From an uncultured Solirubrobacterales bacterium (lineage in GTDB: Bacteria; Actinomycetota; Thermoleophilia; Solirubrobacterales; Solirubrobacteraceae): 64,000 bases of DNA. How positions within the stretch are numbered: the stretch's first letter is position 1; each line of letters opens with the position of its first letter. The notes below the pieces were generated by a model. It was not told where the DNA came from and did no database searches. It saw only the letters and a program-made list of their open reading frames with translations. Below, piece after piece: positions 60,033 to 64,000 of the stretch. Position numbers and translations under genes: made by a program. The stretch spans positions 238,999-302,998 of the forward strand of contig CAVUTW010000001.1 of assembly GCA_963744535.1 (NCBI GenBank), read 5' to 3'.

Positions 60033-60055
60033 GGCCGGTGGGGAGGTGCGGGCCG

Positions 60056-60853
60056 ATGAACGAATGGTTCGCCCTCCCGCGTGAATGGATCGCGTCGTCA
60101 GGCGAAATCGCCGGCTTCAGCGGCAAAATCATCGGCGACGTCTACAGCCTGCGCGTGTTCCGCTTCTTCGGCGAGACGCTGCGCCAAGCCGGCATTTTGA
60201 TCATCTCCTCGACGCTGATCATCTGGTCGCTGATGTTCATCCTCGGGCTGCAGTGCGGGATCCAGGGCGCCTACTTCACCGAGGCCTCGGGGGCACCGGC
60301 GTACTCGGGTGTATTCACGGCGTGGTGCGACTTGCGCGAGATCATTCCCTACGCCTTCGGCTACATGATGTCGGCGAAGGTCGGCACCGGCATCGTGGCG
60401 GAGCTGGGCGCGATGCGCATCTCCGACGAGATCGATGCGCTGGAGGTGATGGGGATCGACTCCCTGACCTTCCTCTGCGCCACGCGTCTGCTGGCGGCAT
60501 GGCTGGTGCTGCCGTTCCTATACCTCGCTGGGATCGGAGGCGCCTTCCTCGCCTCCTACATCGCCGTTGTGCAGCAGGTGGGGGTGGTGTCCTCCGGCGG
60601 CTACTTCCTGATCTTCTGGCAGTTCCAGAACCCCCCCGACTTTCTTTACAGCCTGATCAAGGCGATGGTGATGGCCACCGCGATCGTGCTGGTCGGCTGC
60701 TACTACGGTTACAACGCCTCCGGAGGCCCCGTAGGGGTTGGTACGGCTACGGCCAAGTCAATGGTCATGAATATCGTGCTCGTTCATGTGATCGGAATGC
60801 TGGGAACCCAGATCTTCTGGGGAGCCAATCCGCGCGCCCCGATCGGGGGCTGA
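60056..60853 (+). CDS. MlaE/YrbE family ABC permease (YrbEB-like)
   Basis: AELGAMRISDEIDALEVMGI, YYGYNASGGPVGVG; GGAGG RBS. Confidence 0.92.
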   Translation: MNEWFALPREWIASSGEIAGFSGKIIGDVYSLRVFRFFGETLRQAGILIISSTLIIWSLMFILGLQCGIQGAYFTEASGAPAYSGVFTAWCDLREIIPYAFGYMMSAKVGTGIVAELGAMRISDEIDALEVMGIDSLTFLCATRLLAAWLVLPFLYLAGIGGAFLASYIAVVQQVGVVSSGGYFLIFWQFQNPPDFLYSLIKAMVMATAIVLVGCYYGYNASGGPVGVGTATAKSMVMNIVLVHVIGMLGTQIFWGANPRAPIGG

Positions 60854-60929
60854 GCATGGCCATGTACGCTCACGCATCCGACCGTTGCGGCCGTCGAGCC
60901 GCCGCACACCCAGGGATCGGGGTCTGAGC

Positions 60930-61766
60930 ATGGCGATCGAGCACGACACGATCGACGAGGCTGAGGCGGAGGACTTCCAGTACCACGCCGGGACCAACCG
61001 TCCCAGCAACGTCCCCGACGCGATCGAGTTCATCGATGTGCACAAGGCGTTCGGCTCCAACCGTGTGCTGCGTGGGTTGAACCTCGGGATCCCCCAAGGC
61101 CAGGTGTCGATGATCCTCGGCCCCTCCGGCACCGGCAAGTCGGTGTGCATCAAGCACATCGTCGGGCTGCTCTACCCCGACCAGGGCGATGTGATCGTCG
61201 CCGGGCAGTCGATCCCCTCGCTTGCCGACGACGATCTCTTCGAGCTACGCAAGAAGTTTGGGGTGCTGTTCCAGGACGGGGCGCTGTTTGGCTCGCTCAA
61301 CCTTTACGACAACGTCGCCTTCCCCTTGCGCCAGCACACCGAGAAGGGTGAGGATGAGATCGCGGAGATCGTCACTCGGCGCCTGCGCGAGGTCGGTCTC
61401 GGCGAAGCGAACGAGAAGATGCCAAACGAGCTCTCGGGGGGAATGCGCAAGCGCGCCGGGTTCGCCCGTGCGCTGGTGCTCGACCCGGAGATCGTGCTGT
61501 TCGACGAGCCCGACTCCGGTCTTGACCCCGTGCGCACCGCGCTGCTGTGCGAGCTGATCAAGGAAGTGCACGCCGAGAACGGCGGCACCTATGTGGTGAT
61601 CACGCACGACATCCTCAGCGCGCGCCGCGTGGCCGAGCACATCTCGATCCTGTGGCGCGGGCGGATCGTGGAATCGGGCCCCGCCGACGAGCTGTTCGCC
61701 TCGGAGAACCCGTTCGTCCGCCAGTTCCTCTCCGGCGAATCCGCCGGGCCGCTGGGGATGGAGTGA
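60930..61766 (+). CDS. MlaF/Mkl(MceG)-type ABC ATPase
   Basis: GPSGTGKS, FQDGALF, LSGGMRKR, FDEPDSGLDP, P.VRQFL.G. Confidence 0.92.
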   Translation: MAIEHDTIDEAEAEDFQYHAGTNRPSNVPDAIEFIDVHKAFGSNRVLRGLNLGIPQGQVSMILGPSGTGKSVCIKHIVGLLYPDQGDVIVAGQSIPSLADDDLFELRKKFGVLFQDGALFGSLNLYDNVAFPLRQHTEKGEDEIAEIVTRRLREVGLGEANEKMPNELSGGMRKRAGFARALVLDPEIVLFDEPDSGLDPVRTALLCELIKEVHAENGGTYVVITHDILSARRVAEHISILWRGRIVESGPADELFASENPFVRQFLSGESAGPLGME

Positions 61767-61965
61767 CTCCGGCGGTGCGGCTCGTCAGCCGGCTGTATTA
61801 CTATTGCAATTGGGGTTGGGTGTTGGATATAAAATCTGAAAGGTGTGTGCGATAGTTATACCTAGCAGGGTTGTATAGCTTTTGCGCACACCTCCCGGAT
61901 TTTTGAATACACACCAGCTTCCACCAACTGCGCCCGCAAGCCGCAAGTCTGGCTAGCCTCTCTTC

Positions 61966-64000
61966 GTGAGCACCGCTCCTCATCCTGGCACCGTGGCCCA
62001 GCCTGGCACCGTCGCGAAGCTCCTCTCCGCCCTCGCCGGCGGCGCCGCCCGCCGGCCGCTGCTGGTCGTCGCGGTGATGGGCCTGCTCGGGCTGGGCGGC
62101 GCCGCACTGGCGTTGAGCCTGCGTCCGAGCGCCGCGACCGACACCTTCGTCGGGCGCTCCAGCACGGGCTACCAAGCGACGCAGCGCTACTACGGCTCGT
62201 TCGGGGAAGAGCCCGTGGACGTGCTGGTGAAGGGCAACCTGCAGGACATGCTGTTGAGCGCCGACATCGACCGCCTGCTGGGCCTCGAGGGATGCCTCGC
62301 CGGCAAGGTCCCGGCCGCCGGTCTGCCCCGTGAGGGAGGGGCCAACGGCCCCTGCGCCCAGCTGGATCGGCTCGGCACCGTCAAGGTCGTGATCGGGCCC
62401 GGCACCTTCGTCAACGAGGCTGTCGAACAGATCGACGGGATGCTCTCCACGCAGGGCAACCAGGCCGAGCGGGAGGCTGCACAGAACGAACGGGCCGTCA
62501 GCCATCTCGCGCTCAGCCAGGGCCGCGGTGCCGCCGAAGCGAGCAGGCTCGGCAAGGAAGCCGGCACGATCACGCGCGAACGTTACGCCCAGCAGCTCGA
62601 GCTGCTGGGGGCCAAGTACGGCATCAGCGCGCCGCCCACGCTCAACGACCCGAGCTTCGTTTACACGCTTGCGTTCGAAAACACCGCGAAGCTGCCGGGC
62701 ACCCCCAAGCAGCGCTTCGCCTACCTCTTCCCCGGCCGTGAAGCGGCGCTGATCTCGGTGCGTATGAAGGCGGGGCTGAGCGAAGCGCAGCGTTCACGGA
62801 CGATCGCGCTGATCCGCCGCGCGCTGGCGATGCCTCAGTGGCGCCTGCAACACGGTGAGCACTATCTGATCACCGGCCAACCGGCAATCGTCGCCGAACT
62901 CACGGGCTCGATCAGCCATTCGATCGAGCTGCTGCTGGTGGCGGTGCTGCTGGCGATGGCGCTCGCGCTCGGCCTCGTGTTTCGTGGGCGCCCGCGGCTG
63001 CTGCCGCTGGCGGTCGCCGTGCTTGCCGTCGCGCTCACGTTCGGTGCGCTCGCCGCGGTCGGCGCCTCGCTGACCGTCGCCCAGGTCGCCGCCCTGCCGG
63101 TGCTGGTGGGGCTTGCCGTCGACTACGCGATCCAGTTTCAGTCGCGCGTGCAGGAGGCACGTGCGGAGCGGGCGTCGGATACCCCGGCCGCGATCCGCCG
63201 CGCCGCTATGGCTTCCGGTCCCACCATCGCGGCAGCCGCCGCCGCCGGAGCTGGCGCGCTGCTGGTGATGACGCTTTCGCCCGTGCCCACCGTGCGCGGC
63301 TTCGCCGTGCTGCTGGTTGTGGGCATCGCGATCGCCCTGCTCTGCGCGCTCACCGTCGGATCGGCCGTGCTGGCGCTCGCGGGGGAGCCGACTCCTCCGC
63401 GCCCCCGCCTCGGAGGATGGTTGTCCCCTGCCTGGCGCGGGGCGCAGGAGGTGGTGCGCGACAACCCGCTCACCCGGCTGCTCTCCAGGACGGCGCTCGT
63501 GTATGCGGTGCGCAACCCCGGCCGCGTGATCGCCGTCGGTCTCGTGTTTGCCGTGCTCGGCTGGGGGCTCGACACGCAGACGCACGTCGAAACCAACCTG
63601 GAAAAGCTGGTACCCCAGAGCCTGCCCTCGCTGCGCAACCTCGACGCGCTCGAGAGCGCCTCGGGGGTCGGCGGCGAAATCGATCTGATGGTGTCAGGCA
63701 AGAACGTCGCGAGCCCCAAGACGATCGAATGGATGAGCCGCTACCAGGACGCTGTGCTGAAGCGCTTTGGCTACACCTCCACCCGCGGCTGCGGCAAGGC
63801 GCGGCTGTGCCCTGCCTTCTCGTTGCCGACGCTGTTCGAAGGGGGAGCGATTGGCACCAGCGCGACCCCGGTCGCGGCCACCTCCCCTGCCAAATCCTCC
63901 AAGTCCCCGTCCAAATCCGCCACGCCCTCGACGCCCAGCTCCTCGACGCCCAGCTCCTCGACGCCCAGCTCCTCGACGCCCAGCTCCACGGCGCCGAGCT
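61966..64000 (+). CDS. MMPL/RND family transporter, 3'-truncated by the window
   Basis: Frame from GTG 61966 (spot-checked) with an N-terminal TM, extracellular loop and a TM bundle containing GLAVDYAIQFQSR. Absent from the ORF track, presumably because it has no stop in the window. Confidence 0.85.
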   Translation, partial: MSTAPHPGTVAQPGTVAKLLSALAGGAARRPLLVVAVMGLLGLGGAALALSLRPSAATDTFVGRSSTGYQATQRYYGSFGEEPVDVLVKGNLQDMLLSADIDRLLGLEGCLAGKVPAAGLPREGGANGPCAQLDRLGTVKVVIGPGTFVNEAVEQIDGMLSTQGNQAEREAAQNERAVSHLALSQGRGAAEASRLGKEAGTITRERYAQQLELLGAKYGISAPPTLNDPSFVYTLAFENTAKLPGTPKQRFAYLFPGREAALISVRMKAGLSEAQRSRTIALIRRALAMPQWRLQHGEHYLITGQPAIVAELTGSISHSIELLLVAVLLAMALALGLVFRGRPRLLPLAVAVLAVALTFGALAAVGASLTVAQVAALPVLVGLAVDYAIQFQSRVQEARAERASDTPAAIRRAAMASGPTIAAAAAAGAGALLVMTLSPVPTVRGFAVLLVVGIAIALLCALTVGSAVLALAGEPTPPRPRLGGWLSPAWRGAQEVVRDNPLTRLLSRTALVYAVRNPGRVIAVGLVFAVLGWGLDTQTHVETNLEKLVPQSLPSLRNLDALESASGVGGEIDLMVSGKNVASPKTIEWMSRYQDAVLKRFGYTSTRGCGKARLCPAFSLPTLFEGGAIGTSATPVAATSPAKSSKSPSKSATPSTPSSSTPSSSTPSSSTPSSTAPS
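63928..63987 (+). repeat. 4 x 15-bp coding tandem repeat (STPSS)
   Basis: TCGACGCCCAGCTCC x4 inside the MMPL loop. Confidence 0.9.

Overview
High-GC actinobacterial DNA; the gene set looks like Thermoleophilia/Solirubrobacterales (inference). From left to right: (1) 1-13.5 kb is the tail of a type I PKS cluster. It has an ACP plus docking domain, an AT-less/ACP-less stand-alone KS, an SRPBCC-like protein, an ABC-2 exporter, a metallophosphoesterase-PPTase pair, pabC/pabB and a crotonyl-CoA carboxylase/reductase. (2) 13.5-31 kb holds glycerol/lipid and acyl-CoA catabolic genes. They are interrupted at 21.2-23.4 kb by a lower-GC island: a Hailong HalB-like nucleotidyltransferase, an unknown protein and a membrane protein, preceded by three perfect CATG-centred palindromes. 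(3) 31-46 kb is housekeeping: Nit, TetR, DegV, grxD-bolA/A-type Fe-S carrier, AlkA, ChdC-like, a PimA-like GT4 fused to a flippase-like domain, and metH. (4) 46-56 kb is a candidate exopolysaccharide locus: UDP-HexNAc dehydrogenase, HAS/NodC-like GT2, two GH18 proteins, STAS and PP2C. (5) The end of the window has a frameshifted type III glutamine synthetase, YrbE/YrbE/Mkl ABC genes and a partial MMPL transporter. Short insertions flanked by duplications recur at gene ends and inside genes. No rRNA, tRNA, CRISPR array, transposase or integrase was recognised. All calls come from reading motifs by eye; no database searches were run.
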